Positions 1-13,684 of a stretch of 64,000 nt of DNA are shown here, in pieces. Under the pieces are notes generated by a model, which was not told where the DNA came from, searched no databases, and saw nothing but the letters and a program-made list of their open reading frames with translations. This DNA comes from Octopus vulgaris (taxonomy: Eukaryota): positions 134,416,001-134,480,000 of the forward strand of contig OX597816.1 of the NCBI GenBank assembly GCA_951406725.2, read 5' to 3'. The first letter of the stretch is position 1. Each line of letters opens with the position of its first letter. The position numbers and the translations under genes were made by a program.

Positions 1-709
1 TCACCCAGCACAGGAAAATAAATAGATTAAACCCTTTTTAAGATAAATCATTCTTCTGTACTTTAAAATGTGTTTTCTTATCAGTTAATCCTTTAACTAA
101 GTTTTGCATTGAATATCTTGTCTTGTAGACTGTCTCAGATAGTAGTTGAATCAGTATTAGAATGGGGGCAATAGGGAATTGAACTAAATACTTTTCTTTT
201 TTTTGTGCTTGAATCAATGAAATAGGTACTTTGCTTTATGTTCCCATCAATTTTTTATGAACTGGCTTTGTACTTTATCAAAAGATGTTGTCATCACCAC
301 CACCACCACCACCACCACCACCACCATTATCATTTTCAATTCTACTTTTACTACAAATGAAAAAGTCTACATATTGTAGGTGATTAGGTATGGCTTGGGA
401 AGAATTAATTTTTGAGGTCACAAGCTACATATTTAATAAATTTGATATCAGTCGGCTGTCTGATCCAAGTACCTCTGGCCAGTTACAATAATAAACATAA
501 CTTATTAATACTGAAAGGATAAAAATGTTTCCTTGGTAGGATTTAAATAATAGATACTGACTTGTTACAATTTGTGTAAATTTGGTTAAATATTGCTTGT
601 TTGCCAATTTAACTTAAAAGCTAATTTATCTTTATTCCTGACTTATGGACTTTTATGTAACAAATTTTATTTCATGAATTTCTTGTTTTCTATGTCCAAC
701 ATTTGCTAG

Positions 710-810
710 AAATGACCTGACTGATGAAGTATTGGAGATAATTACCACAACTCGCAAACATGTTATTGAAGAAATGGAAGAACTTAAACTTAAATATCAC
801 CTTCCAGAAG
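710..810 (+). CDS. Coiled-coil protein gene, internal coding exon a (gene starts upstream of window)
   Basis: Acceptor ttgctag|, open frame NDLTDEVLEIITTTRKHVIEEMEELKLKYHLPE, donor GAAG|gcaag (GC donor); phase 1 matches the next exon. Confidence 0.6.
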
Positions 811-1249
811 GCAAGATTATTATCTCTATATTTCAGATGTCTGATTAACCATCCATTTTCAAATTGTTGAAAAGTCTTTGCACAGTCAGGAGGAGGTCTG
901 CTTAACAAATGGAAGCAGTGAGAATTTCAATGACTATTTGATAACTTTTGATACTGGTATGGCTATCCGTACAATTGTTAATACGACTATCTCTGTTCCA
1001 GGACAATTATCATCATCATAATATAGAATGTTCAATACATCTGCCACATGCAAACACTACTTTCTCTTGTTAACCTTGCTGTGATAGAGCTGCACCTCTT
1101 ATATGTCAATAGTTTGCACTGGGTACACCATACAGAATTTCTACCTACACCTTTTCTACATATTAAGCACAGCTATCTCCCTGAAGGGATTAGTAATTTT
1201 CTGTTTTTCTATTTACTAAGACTTTGGTCTTTGCTAAATTAACTCTGAG

Positions 1250-2790
1250 ACCCTTTGATTCCAGACCTTGCATTGTACATGGTGACCATGAAATTGGCTC
1301 TTGTAATGAGGAGAGAACAAGGCTACTGAACTTCTGTCCTAATTTCTAAGATCTACAATACCAACTTCAGAAAGCCAGCCAGTCATCTGATAACCTATCA
1401 GTCTGGTGACCACACTAGCAAGATTGACTACATAGTTGAGTGGCTGGTGAGAGCTGTACAAGCCATGTAGGTATGTCATCAGTAAAATGAAAGTTGGCAC
1501 TGTGTATAGCAATGAATTTAGTGTATCAGAGTCCTCCAGGCTATCACAGAATACTGGCTGCCCTTGAGAATTCCTCTGTGCTGATGACTTTGTCCTTATA
1601 GCTGAATCACTACCTGACCTAGAGAAGAAATTTCAGGTGTGAAAGCAAGGCCTTAGGGTTAATTTAGCAAAAACCAAAGTCCTAGTAAGTAGGGAAACAG
1701 ACAAATCACAAGTCTCTTCAGGGAGATGGCCCTACTCAGTATGTAAGAAGGGTGTTGGTAGAAGCTCCATACATTGTACCCAGTGCGAGCTTTGGACACT
1801 TAAGTAGTGTAGCAGTATCACAGGAATGTTAACAGAAAATATAGTCTTCGTGTGTGACAAATGTGCTGGTAAATACAAGCACTGAAAATGCATAGACAAT
1901 AGACCCCTCAATTGCTGAGGGTGATCATTAGAAGTAGTAGATAGTTTCTGTTACCTAGGAGACCTAGTTAGCAGTGGTGGAGGAAGTTCTGAAAGTATAG
2001 TTGTTAGAATAAGAATGGGCTGGACAAAGTTCAGAGAGCTTCTACCTTTTTTGATAACTAAGAGCCTCTCCCTCAGAGTGAAACGCAGATTGTATGATGC
2101 CTGTGTACATACAGCTATGCTACATGGCAGTGAAACATGGGCTTTGACTACAGAGGACTTGCAGAGGCTTGTTACAAATGAAGCTAGCATGCTCCAATGG
2201 ATGGATAATGTCAGTGTGCACACACGACAGAGTGTAAATCATTTAAGAGGAAAACTGGGTATAAGAGGTATCAGATGTTGTGTGCAAGAGAGAAGACTGT
2301 GCTGGTTTGGTCATGTGATGCACATGGATGAGGACAGCTGTGTAAATATGTGCTGAGCTCTAATTGTGGAGGGAACCTGTGGAAGGGGTAGACCCTGGAA
2401 GACATGGAACAAATTGGTGAGAAAGGATCCTTGGATGCTGGACCTCACTGAGGAAATTACGAGGAACCAGGGATTGTGATTTGCTGTACTTGATAAGACA
2501 CATCAAGCTAAGTAAAATTGCTGTCTTCTATACATACAGGCTTGTCCTTCCAGGTGCCAGTTCCACATAAAAAGCATCCATGCCAGTGCTGCATAAATGC
2601 ACCCATGCCAGTGGCACGTACAAAGCAGACAGCACACTCAGTTAAGTGGTTAGCATTAGGAGAGACGTCTAGCCATAGAAACTATGCCACAACAGGCAGT
2701 CGGAGTTTGAACAGCTTCCCAGCTGGCCAGTTCCATGTCAAACCGTCCAACCCATGCCAGCATGGAAAACTGGTGATGATGATGACGTAC
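1250..2790 (+). mobile_element. Degenerate RTE-clade LINE with 3' tail ending in (GAT)n
   Basis: GWTKFRELLP, LYDACV..AMLHGSETW, RRLCWFGHV, GRGRP.KTW; internal deletions and stops. Confidence 0.9.
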
Positions 2791-2889
2791 ATACATACAT
2801 AAACACACAATGATGATGATAATTATGTATAGATATATATATATGTATAAGGAGAAAAACAATTAGTTTTAAATCTCGGAGTGAGAAAT

Positions 2890-4610
2890 AAGTAGTAACA
2901 TTACTACAGAGTAAAATCTATTTGCCAACATAAAGTGGAAATTCTGATTAGGATGGTATTACTACCTTTTTCTGGCTGGCTACCAACGCACAATAATAAG
3001 GATGCAGTTGTGCATCGGCAGCCAGCTGGAAAAGATGTTTCCCTGGGGCTAAAAATGGTAGTAACATCTTCATAATCAGGACTGTCACTTTACATTGGCA
3101 AATAGACTTTACTCTGCATAAATACATATAGACTACCCTACAAAACACCCTAACCAAAAATTACCAGTACTAGATACAGAACTCTGGCTGGAAAGTGTAA
3201 ATAATAAAACCCAAATCCTCCATTCACACTATGCAAAACCTATGGCCTCCAAATACCTGATCCACCAGAACTCAGCTATCACAGACAATGCCAAATTCAA
3301 TATATTGATGGCAGACCTCATCAGAGTAATGAGAAATGTGTCCTGCATGTGCAACCCTACAGAGTTAAAGAGACACATTCAACACTTCGTTCATTGTATG
3401 CAGTTCTCAAGATACAGCCATAAAGAAAGGATCAGAGTATATAAAGGAGCCATGAGGAAATTTGAAACTATCATACATAACAATAGGAATGGGATTTGCC
3501 CACTTTGTAGGAGCAAGTCATGGAATACCATTGAAAGGACTAAGAAGAAAATAGAGAATGCCAATTCATGGTATGATAGCCACAAATACCAGAGTGTCAT
3601 GTTCATTGACACCACCCCTAGAGGCAAATTGGCGTACTGCTTTAGAAGAGCCCTTGACAAAATTAAGGTTGTAGAAAGGCCAGGTAACCCTATCAAATCC
3701 CTAATCGGTAGAACCTACTCTTTTAATAGAACCCCCTGCACTGATAGGAACTGTATTGTATGTAGATTTAGCCCACGAACAAACTGTAAAGCTAGGAATG
3801 TAGTCTATAGTTTAAGATGTACAGAGGGACGGTGCAGAAATAAGACAATGACATATATAGGGGAGACAGCATGGAGCATAGGAAAGAGGGTAAATGAGCA
3901 TTGGAGGGAACTTAAGGAAGAGAAGGGCTCATCAGTTCTTTACCAGCATGCCGAGTGGGAACACGGCCACTCACTCAATAACATAGAAGTTAAAACCTTA
4001 TCCACACATAGAATGGACACAACACTTAGACAAATTACAGAAGCCTAAATAGAAAGCTAGAATGGAATATTAGCACACACCCCACACACACAACAACCTA
4101 TGACAGAATAAGATACTCATAAACTAATAATAATATGAAACTAATACAATAGACAGGTAAATAAATGGAATTAAATAATTATATACATAAACAAAATATA
4201 ATAAATTAAATTAAATTGATACAAAAAAGAAAGAAACAAAAAAGTAAGTAGATAAAAACAAATGAATAAAATAAAAGTAAATTAAACAAACTTGAATAAA
4301 CAGGGGGTACTGATAATGCAGGTACTATACACATTCCTACACACACACTTGCTAAACATAGACACAGAGAGGGATATACGCAAACGCAAATACAACAGGA
4401 GTACAAAATGGCAGATCATTAGGAAGGAGAGACACAAAAAAGAAAGAAAGCAAAGGACCACTGATGAGGTCACAGAAGTGAGATGAAAGAACTCTGGCCG
4501 AAATACAATTAATATGAGATAAAGCTGAAGCAAGTGAATATCAAATATATAGTGTGTGTGTTTTTATTGGTTAAACTGACAACATGACCATCCTCAAATG
4601 TAACAACATA
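2890..4610 (+). mobile_element. 5'-truncated Penelope-like element (RT C-terminus + GIY-YIG), different family from the 39-47 kb element
   Basis: DYP...KLPVLDTELW, HYAKPMAS, CTDRNCIVC, NVVY..RC...C..YIGETA, SVLYQH...H, RQITEA in/near ORF 3242-4048; TA-rich ends. Confidence 0.85.
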
Positions 4611-4629
4611 TATATATATATATATGTGA

Positions 4630-4910
4630 TGGAATCTCTTGTTGAAGATGATATTTGAGTGTTCAGCTTTTTTACCAAACAACCTGCACAAATGATTTGT
4701 TTTTATAGTGATCAAATGTATGTGCCATACATTAGCTCACTCCCTCAATGAACTCGATATTGCCTGAACAGGTGTCGAATGATTGTAGAGCAACATGAGA
4801 TGGAGTGTTTTTTGCTCAAGAACACAATGCACCACCTGGTCTAGGAATTGAAACCACAATCTCACGATTATGAATTCGACACCCTAACTAATAGGCCATG
4901 CACCTCCCCA
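4630..4910 (-). mobile_element. tRNA-derived SINE family E
   Basis: tRNA-like head on -, CTTGAGCA box; relative at ~23340-23615. Confidence 0.7.
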
Positions 4911-5092
4911 CACACACACACATATCTTATATTGATGAGACTATTTTCATTCAATTTAAAACAGAGATGCAAGTATTCCATATCACAGATATTTTTATTA
5001 ACTATATCTGATTTCTTAACATAAAAATACTGTTTGTATTTTGCTTGAAATTTTGATTCTCTATTTGTTGACATCACTAAATCTGCTTCTAG

Positions 5093-5241
5093 GTGAATCT
5101 GACTTGCACAAGAAATTGCAAGATGCAGAAGAAATACATGAACTTCAGACTGAAAATAACCAACTCAACTTGTTAATTTTGAAACTAAGGGCAATCAACA
5201 TCTGGAATCGAAACTTTAATCAAGCTAATTATATGAGGGCA
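5093..5241 (+). CDS. Coiled-coil protein gene, exon b
   Basis: cttctag|GT GAA TCT...AGG GCA|gttagt; GESDLHKKLQDAEEIHELQTENNQLNLLILKLRAINIWNRNFNQANYMRA; phase 1 to 0. Confidence 0.8.
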
Positions 5242-5311
5242 GTTAGTATTCATTCATCTTTCCATTCATTCATTTATTTGATCAACATTACCATCATCAT
5301 CATTATTATAT

Positions 5312-5595
5312 TTATCTTTTACTTGTTTCAGTCATTAGAATGTGGTAATGCTGGGGCACTGCCTTGAAGAATTTTTAGTCAAACAAATTGACCTCTGTAC
5401 ATTTCTTTAAGCCTGGTGCTTATTCTATTGGTTGCGTTTGCTGAACCGCTGAAACACAAGCATGAAAACACACACAAATATATACACACACACACGCATG
5501 ACAGACTTCTTTCAGTTTCTGTCAACCAAATCCACTCACAAGGCTTTGGTCAGCTTGAGGCTGTAGTAGAGGACACTTATCCAAGGTGCCATGCC
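5312..5595 (-). mobile_element. SINE family A, truncated
   Basis: Tail and body homology; a similar partial copy lies at ~22425-22625. Confidence 0.8.
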
Positions 5596-5769
5596 CGTGT
5601 CTATTGTAATATGTATAATTACTCCAAATGTTGCTAATGTAGTTAGAACAGCTGTTTCTAATAATGCCATTTCAGTTTTGTTGTACCAATGTAACAACAG
5701 TGAATTTCTCTTCTGTACAAGTTTGAAGAAAAGAAAGTAATATTAAGTAGTTAAGACATTTATATTGAT

Positions 5770-6360
5770 ATTATCTCCATTTGCTCAAAGAGCATTGAGT
5801 GATGTGGGTTCTCCAAGCAGTGCCTTTCTGGACCAATCTGCATCCCTCTTCCCAGGTAACACCCATCTCAGTCAACTCTTCCTGCACAGTCCTTTGCTAT
5901 ATCTTTGCCAGCCTGCCTCTCTTTCTCCTTCCTTCTTTAACTGTCCACTCAATGGCTGTCTTGCTGGTGTTTCCAATGTTAAGGGCATTACATGGTCAAG
6001 CAGCTTCCTTCATCTAGCTGTGATGGTGTCTTGTAGTTTAGTTAGGCCAGCTCTTTTCATGATTTCATTGTTTGTGATGTGGTCATACTAAGGCACTGGC
6101 AATGAAAAACATTCACCATATTGCAAATCATGTCCATCTATTTCCATGTTTCATTTGCATTTAATGCTATAGGAATGACAATAGATGCATGTAGACAAAG
6201 TCTAATATCTTGGTGAATGTAAGAGCAGGGCCACATGAGTCTCAATCATTGGAAGGCTGCCATTGCTGTACCAAGTCTAGTCTTGACATCAATTTCTGCT
6301 TTTCCATTTTTGCCATTGTTACTGCCTAGGTATATAAAAGAATTGAAAAATTTAATATTT
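5770..6360 (-). mobile_element. Old RTE-like LINE fragment
   Basis: FIYLGS...EIDVKTRLGTAMAAFQ and GRRKRGR-type C-terminal motifs on -. Confidence 0.7.
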
Positions 6361-7228
6361 TGTCCACCAAGAAGGCAACAAACTGGCAGAATTATTAGCG
6401 TGCCAAGTAAAATGCTTAGCAGCATTTCATTCATTTTTATGTTCTGAGTTCAAATTCCGCTGAGGTCAATTTTGCCTTTTGTTCTTTCAGGATCAATAAA
6501 ATAACTATCAATTGAGCACTGGGGATGATATAATTGACTTAACCCCTCCCCCAAAATTGCTAGTCTTGTGCCAAAAATTTGAAACTAATATTTTATCCAC
6601 TGAGTTTGATGGGTTTGGGTTGGTTTTTTACCTATGTATAAGGCTTTTCTCTTTTGGCAACTGATACAGAGACCGCATACATAACATAGCTATATAGATG
6701 AAGAAATACATGCTTGTACATTTATATGTCTACTCACATATACAAATGTACACTTTTCAGTGGTTAGTCATCCCAGAAACAACATAAGTGAAAGAAAAGG
6801 AAGAAATTATTTTCAGATCAGAGGCTTGGCCCAAATGTTTAATGCAGAGTGAACTCTGCTAAAGGGATCTAAGGACCGAGTAGTGGTGTTAGACCAGGTA
6901 ACAAATTATCTGTATCACTGTTGAAAGAAATAGTCTGTTGGAATATTATTATAAAACAATCATTATAAAACAGACCAATGGTCAAAGATATTTCAGCTGT
7001 AATCATCCTGATCAACCCATCATTGTTTCAGAGAGTGTCCTTAAGACTACATTATTCAGTGAACCATTTCATTTTTATGATGTTAGTGTATTATTAGAAG
7101 ATTTCACTACTATTTCAAAGCTAGCACACTCCAAACTTTGTAGGTGCAATCTCGTGGTCATTCATGACTGAAGGGGGGTCTTTACTCTTTTTATTTGAGG
7201 ATGAAAGATTGCATTTTATTTATTGAAG

Positions 7229-7399
7229 ATAAATTCCCTAATCAAAGAAGTGGAAAGCCTAAAGAAAACAAACGTTGAATTAAAGCTAATAACATCTGAA
7301 GAATCAAGAATATTAAAACAACAATTAGTTGTCCTCAGGAAAGAATTATCCATTTTAGTCCAAGAATGTTCTTCAGTCAAAAATCAACTCAATGCAGAG
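7229..7399 (+). CDS. Coiled-coil protein gene, exon c
   Basis: attgaag|ATA...GAG|gtaaga; 57 codons, heptad-rich INSLIKEVESLKKTNVELK...QLNAE; phase 0 to 0. Confidence 0.85.
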
Positions 7400-7470
7400 G
7401 TAAGAATTTTGTATATTATAAATTATTATTAAGTTTTCTTCAAAAGGAGGTTTCTATAAACAGCTTTTTA

Positions 7471-8710
7471 TTGGGTTGACAAGAAAGTAATTTCGTTTTT
7501 CACTAATAGATAGAGTTACGATGCTTTTGTATGACTTTTGTCAATGTTATGATTTTTTCCTTTTGACATTTGATAGCTGTTATTTCTAGTTTACTTTAGA
7601 AGCAAATTGCATGCAATTTTGTTTACAGTTGTTAGTTCAGTGTCACTTTTAAAATCAAGTGCAAAAAAGAACATTTTCACCATATTTTGCTTTTTTATTT
7701 CCATAAAGGCAAAAGAAGCTGCTGAGGCTCACAAAGAGACATGTGAAGTTTATGGTGTTGATTGCTTAACAGAACACACATGTCAGAAGTGGTTTTTAAA
7801 ATTCTGTTCTATTCAATCTACTGAAGCTGATGTTGACCAAATCAAAGCCTGATTGTCATATAACTGTGCAAAAGATTGCAGAGAGGCTAACTGTACCATA
7901 CACAGCAATTGAAAATCACTTAGACTTAAGAAGCTCAATATTTGGGTTCCACATAAATTGAAACCCAATGAATCAATATTTATGCATCTCATATCGCAAT
8001 GAATCAATATTTACGATACACATCTCAAATGCAATGAAATTAACCTGTTTTTGGAATGAATCATCACTGGTGATGAAAAATGGATTGTCTACAAAAACAT
8101 TAATCAAAAAGATCATGGTCCAAACATAATGAACCAACACAAACCACATGGAAAGCTGAATTGCATCAAAAACAGGTCATGCTGTCAATTTGATGGGATT
8201 ATAAAGATGTTGTGTATTTTGAGTTGCTTCTAAGGAACCAAACAATCAATTCAGATGTTTACTGTGAACAACTAATGAAACTGGAGTAAGCAATCAAAGA
8301 AAAACGGCCAGAATTGGCAAATTGTAAAGGAAGTGTGTTCCACCATGACAATGCTGGACCACACACATCTTTGCTAACTCATGAAAGATTATTGGAGCTG
8401 GGTTGGGAAGTGATGTCACATCTACCATACAGCCCTGACTTTGCACCATCAGATTACCATTTATTTCAAAGTTTGCAAAATTCTTTGAATGGTAAAACTT
8501 TCTATAATGATGATGACCTGAAATCGTACTTTCTTCAGTTTTTGGCTGATAAGAAGTATTATGAGTGTGGAATCATGAAATTGCCAGAAAGATGGCAAAA
8601 GGTCATCAAATAAAATGAAAAATATATAATTGATTAAAGTTCATTCTTTGTATGAAAAAATTACTTTTATTTCACACTAAAACACCGAAATTACTTTCTT
8701 GCTACCTCAA
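7471..8710 (+). mobile_element. Decayed mariner transposon with TIRs and TA target duplication
   Basis: TA-TTGGGTTGACAAGAAAGTAATTTCG...CGAAATTACTTTCTTGCTACCTCAA-TA; WVPH.L, ITGDEKW, HHDNAGPH, YSPDFAPSDYHLF. Confidence 0.95.
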
Positions 8711-10127
8711 TATATTGTATCTGGGTTTGAATATCAATAAACAGCATGCAGTAAGAAAAATGAGTACTGGGTTGTGTTCATATTTTATCATTTATTATGT
8801 GCTGTAGAAAAATATACATTCAGTGCATGGTAAACAAAACTGCTGGGATTTATTTACATTCTCTACTGGTTAATAAACTTCTGTAGCTATGACAAGCTGT
8901 GCTAATCATTATGAAAAGTATATATGATAGGAAGCTTCAGTGTTCTCCATGTTTGTGGAGAAATTATATACATTTTCATGCATGCGTGTAAGAGAGAGTA
9001 CACGAGAAAGAGAGAGATGGGGGGATGCGCGTGCATGCATGTGTCTGTGTGTGCATGTGTTTTGTACATATATACAGTGTGGAAAGAAAATATACATACT
9101 GTATCATTAGTGGAAATTTGGCTATGAAAAGGTCCAGGTTGTTGTATTGTTTCTGTGTGTGCGGCTGTAGAGTTGTGCTTGTTTTCCTTTCTATTTGTCA
9201 AACTAGGATATGATTGCTGATAAAAACAAAAAGGTAGTTAATCTTTACTTGTTAAACCTCTCTGTGTGACCAGAGATGCCTGTTAATATAGCATCCGTTT
9301 AAGTTGTTCATTAGTCTATATGGTGATGGCACTTCTTCAGCTGATGAAGTAAGTGAAATAATTGATTAATCCAGAAGGTGATGACATGGAGATCTTTGCT
9401 GCTGCTAGTGTATCTGGATTGATGAATGGCTATTGTGCCACTTGATTGACCTGAAAGTTAATTTTATAATAAAGCCTATTGATGCCAAGTTTTTATTGTT
9501 TGACAGTTATTGAGAAAATCAAACTGCCAATTTGTGAATCTACTTTTTGAAGCACTAGACTCCCATGATTATAACACCATGCAATATTCACTGTATTAGT
9601 TACCTCTTAGATTACTGTTCACAAAAAAGAAAAGAAATCAATACCTGCTTTTGAAGTGGTGAATGTTTCTACTGCACACAACAGAATCCAGCTGGCTAGT
9701 GTACTGATCATCTCAGTCTAGTTTCCATGACCACTGATGAAGTAACAGGAGTATTATTGATGCTTGGTGTAGTGCCTGTAAAGTCTGACAATCATTTCTA
9801 AATGATGATGACATCAGCACATCTGTCGATGAAGTCAGTGGATTAGTTGACCAGTCCAAGAGGTGTTGATAGTCACATCTGTTGATAAAGTAGGCACTCT
9901 GATAGAGTGCTCCAGAAGGTGATGACACAAGAATGTCTCTTAATGTCTGCGTATCAGAGCATATGAATGCATGTTGTGCCATTTGATTTAATCTAAAAGG
10001 TAATCATATAGGATATAGGCATGCCTGTTTATGCCAACTTGTCTGGTATTGGCATAGTTGTTGGCAAAAATATACTGCCAATTTGTTGACCATATGCCAC
10101 GAATATAACCTGAGGTACATGCTACAT

Positions 10128-10336
10128 ATTTTATCTTTTACTTGTTTCAGACTGTGACCTTGCTGGGACACTGCCTTGGAGAATTTTTTAGTCAAACACA
10201 GCAACCCCAATACTTATTATTTTTTTGTAAAGCCTGGTACTCATTTTGTTGGACTCTTTTGCCAAACTACTAAGTTATGAGCACATAAACACTTCAACAC
10301 AGGTTGTCAAGCAGTGGTGGGGGACAAACACAAAGA

Positions 10337-10380
<44 letters not shown>

Positions 10381-10536
10381 ATGGGCTCCTTTCAGTTTCC
10401 ATCTACCAAATCCACCCACAAGGTTTTGGTTAACCTGAAGCTATAGTAGAAGACACATGCCCAAGGTGCCACCTAGTGGGGCTGAACCCAGAACCATATG
10501 GTTAAGAAAGAAACTTCTTACCAAACAACCATGCCT
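10128..10536 (-). mobile_element. SINE family A
   Basis: Homology to 37635-38033. Confidence 0.85.
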
Positions 10537-10753
10537 CTGTCCATTTGTTCGTATGCAAAACATATAAAGATGTATTCTTTAAATTGATCTTAACTCAATG
10601 ATCAAATGATTAAAGTTATTAGGAATACCTTTTAACAGTCCTTAGTTACAGTGATAATGTCTTAAATGTGATTTTTGCATTCTAGGAACTTCCTTAAATA
10701 AATTGTACATAGTGTTGTCTAGACAGGATGATAAATGTTTTTATTAACTCTAG

Positions 10754-10849
10754 CTAAATGAAAAGGAAGAGAATATGTACACGTTACAACAGAACAATCA
10801 GTTCAAGCACCATATAGAACTATTCAAGCAGGAACAGATAGATAACTTG
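10754..10849 (+). CDS. Coiled-coil protein gene, exon d
   Basis: actctag|CTA...TTG|gtaagt; LNEKEENMYTLQQNNQFKHHIELFKQEQIDNL. Confidence 0.8.
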
Positions 10850-11409
10850 GTAAGTCTGAGTTTTAATTTGTTTGGTAGGGAATATAGAAGTTTCATTTGC
10901 AATTATCATTTCATTTTCACTTTTATGTTTTCATTCTACACTTCATCATCATCCTCATCATCCACTTTTCCATGCTTGCATGTGTCAGACAGAATCTTTA
11001 ATACAAGATTGACAATTTAAATTTTTTGAAATAATAATTTCATCATTTCTGTATTTGTCTGCTACACACTGTTTTGATCAGTTGGATTACTGATTCTCTT
11101 CTGTTATCTTATATTTACATTTTAGAAGTATGTTTATGTGGAAATATAGAGTACCTAGATATGCTTAGAATTTGAACTGATCAAAATGTAGTTAGTGTAG
11201 CAGATGAAATCCATTTTCAAAAATCTTTTTAAGTTGTAATAACAGTAACTCAGCTTACAAATGCATCCAATTAATGTAAAACTTGATGAAAATGTATTGC
11301 AAACAGAATAGAATTGAACTTCAAAACTGCAACAATTGTCTTTGCTAAGTTCTTATAATTTTTATTCCCCTCAAAACTATTGCTGCACTGTTTTCATTCA
11401 CACTAACAG

Positions 11410-11598
11410 GAACAGGAGTTAAAAAAGAAAAATAATGAGCTGAAACTTCTCGGTGAAAGTTATAACCGTGTTGTCAACTGGACTGAAGGAAGTAGTCAAG
11501 TATCTCAAAAAAGCCTAAGCAATATAAAGAAATCACTTAGACAGGAGAGGACACTGAAGAAAATGGCATTTCAAAAAGTTGATATGTTACGCACCTTG
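11410..11598 (+). CDS. Coiled-coil protein gene, exon e (the QERTLKKMAFQKVDML segment recalls the CCDC162-like C-terminus; tentative)
   Basis: ctaacag|GAA...TTG|gttagt; 63 codons EQELKKKNNELK...QERTLKKMAFQKVDMLRTL. Confidence 0.8.
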
Positions 11599-12089
11599 GT
11601 TAGTAAATTTATGTATAAATTTAAAATATTTCCTTGGGAAGTGGTTTACCAGTCAAAGAATAATCTGAGTGATTCATATCAAAAATGCCACTTTAAGTCC
11701 ATGACCAAATCACTTAAATCTCAAATAGATGTTGTAAACTTGTCATTCTAAGAAGCAATAGCACTGCAAAAAAAATGAAAAGTGGTTCATTAGCTTGTAA
11801 CATTACCTCTGCCTCACATTCAACTATTTCTGTGTTACACTGGCCACAAAGGGGACATGTGAGGTTAATTCTGCATGAGCATCATGCTTCTCTCTCAGAT
11901 GGGAATCTACCACAGCTAAAAGAAGCTCTTAAATGAGCATGCATTTTGTATCAAAAGCCTATATGAGAGTTTTGCTTATGGTATCTACCACAGTAAAGTT
12001 TGTTCTAACTGAACATACATGCTTAAGTGGAAATAAATATTACATTTTGGTATTAATGCTGCCTCTGTCACTAATATATATCTCTTAAA

Positions 12090-12590
12090 ATGCATCTATT
12101 AAAAATTTTACAAAGCCTATACATTCAAGGAAAGTGTTTACCCACTAAGCTAAGGAAGATCTTAGCCACACAAGTTTCTCTTGGGGAAGAGAGAGCACAA
12201 CACTTTCTGGTAGCATTTTCTCCTAGCGAGGTTAGGGTTGGGCTGACAGAAACTCATTATAGTATGGGGCAACAACATTGAAAATCTCTTTACTGCTGAC
12301 CTCCTTCGCTAGGTTCCAGAACACTGCAGCTGGATGACAAGAAGCTCTCTTAATGTTGCCAGCCTCTCATTTAGCTCCCTAAATGGCCTATAGGCACCAG
12401 ATTCTAAGTCCAAAGTTACATCAAGGAAATCAACTGTCTTCAGGAGGGTTTCAATTGTGATCTTGAGACCAAGAAAATTCATGGTGTGAGCAAGGTCCTT
12501 CCTAAGCTTATCAAGTGTGTAACCATCCTGCCTCAATATTGATTTCAAATCTTGGCACAATGCCAGAATTTTGCAAGGAGAAAATAAGTC
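12090..12590 (-). mobile_element. Degenerate PLE RT fragment
   Basis: LGLKITIETLLKTVDFLDVTLDLESGAYRPFR resembles the motif-7 region of the 42296 ORF. Confidence 0.7.
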
Positions 12591-13125
12591 AGTTACATAG
12601 ATCTCAGTGTTTCACTAGTACTTAATTTATCAACCACGAAAGGATGAAAGGCAAAGTCGACCACAACAGAATTTGAACTCTGAATGTAAAGATAGACGAA
12701 ATGCTGATAATCATTTTACCCAGTGTGCTAACGATTCTACCAGCTCACTGATTTACACCACTTCAGTATTGCCAAAGCATTGTCTCTCCAGAGACCAAAG
12801 CTGGTTGAGGGGCCAAGGGACATAAATCTTGATAATTCTCTCAATTATCTCCTGCAACTTTCATCTACTTCACAACACCTACAAATTGAATGTGATACTT
12901 CCGCACCTCCAGTAACAGAGAGCAGTTTCCATATTACCATACCTGCCACCTCTAAATAGCACAAATATTAGATAATTTCCCAGTTATATAATATCGTCTG
13001 TAAAGCCAACCGGCAAAATCAACTGTGATAGATCTATGGTACTGTAAATTCTGATTAATATGTGTGTGTGTGTGTATGTGCGTGTATGTACAAAACGCAT
13101 TTATAGTTGTGTCTTTTATTTTTAG

Positions 13126-13198
13126 GTTGAAAACCAAGCCTGGAGAATTGCTACACCTATTCAACAGAGATCTGAACCTGTCACACCTTCGTATGGTT
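13126..13198 (+). CDS. Coiled-coil protein gene, exon f
   Basis: tttttag|GTT GAA AAC...; VENQAWRIATPIQQRSEPVTPSYG; donor |gtaagt at 13199 (alternative donor at 13191). Confidence 0.7.
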
Positions 13199-13684
13199 GT
13201 AAGTATAGTAATTTATAAATCTAGGTAATCATCAGTCAGATGTATACTTATGACATATATACATATAAACACACATACACACGTATATATAGTGAAGGTG
13301 CATGGACTTGTGGGGTTGTTGTTTCTCCATCATCCTGATAATTAAGCTTAGCCCATCATTGGCTATATGACTTCGTTGTGTGTTGATTCTTCTTTGGACG
13401 GCTGGTTCTTGCAACTCATCTCAATGACAGCTCTCACCTATCTCCAAGGGAAATGTTAGTTGAACCAATTTATGGAGCAAAGTGGGCGCCAGAAAACATA
13501 CAGAGATTGTCGCTTAAAATATGCTATGTGAAACATGATTGAACTTTCGATCCAATTCCTGTGCAATATTTAGGTAATCACAACACAGGGCTCATAAATG
13601 GCCCAAAACTCATGCAATGGATATTTTAGCCAATCGCAACAAATTAGTGTGGTGAGCCGATAATTACATGATCGTTATCATGTA

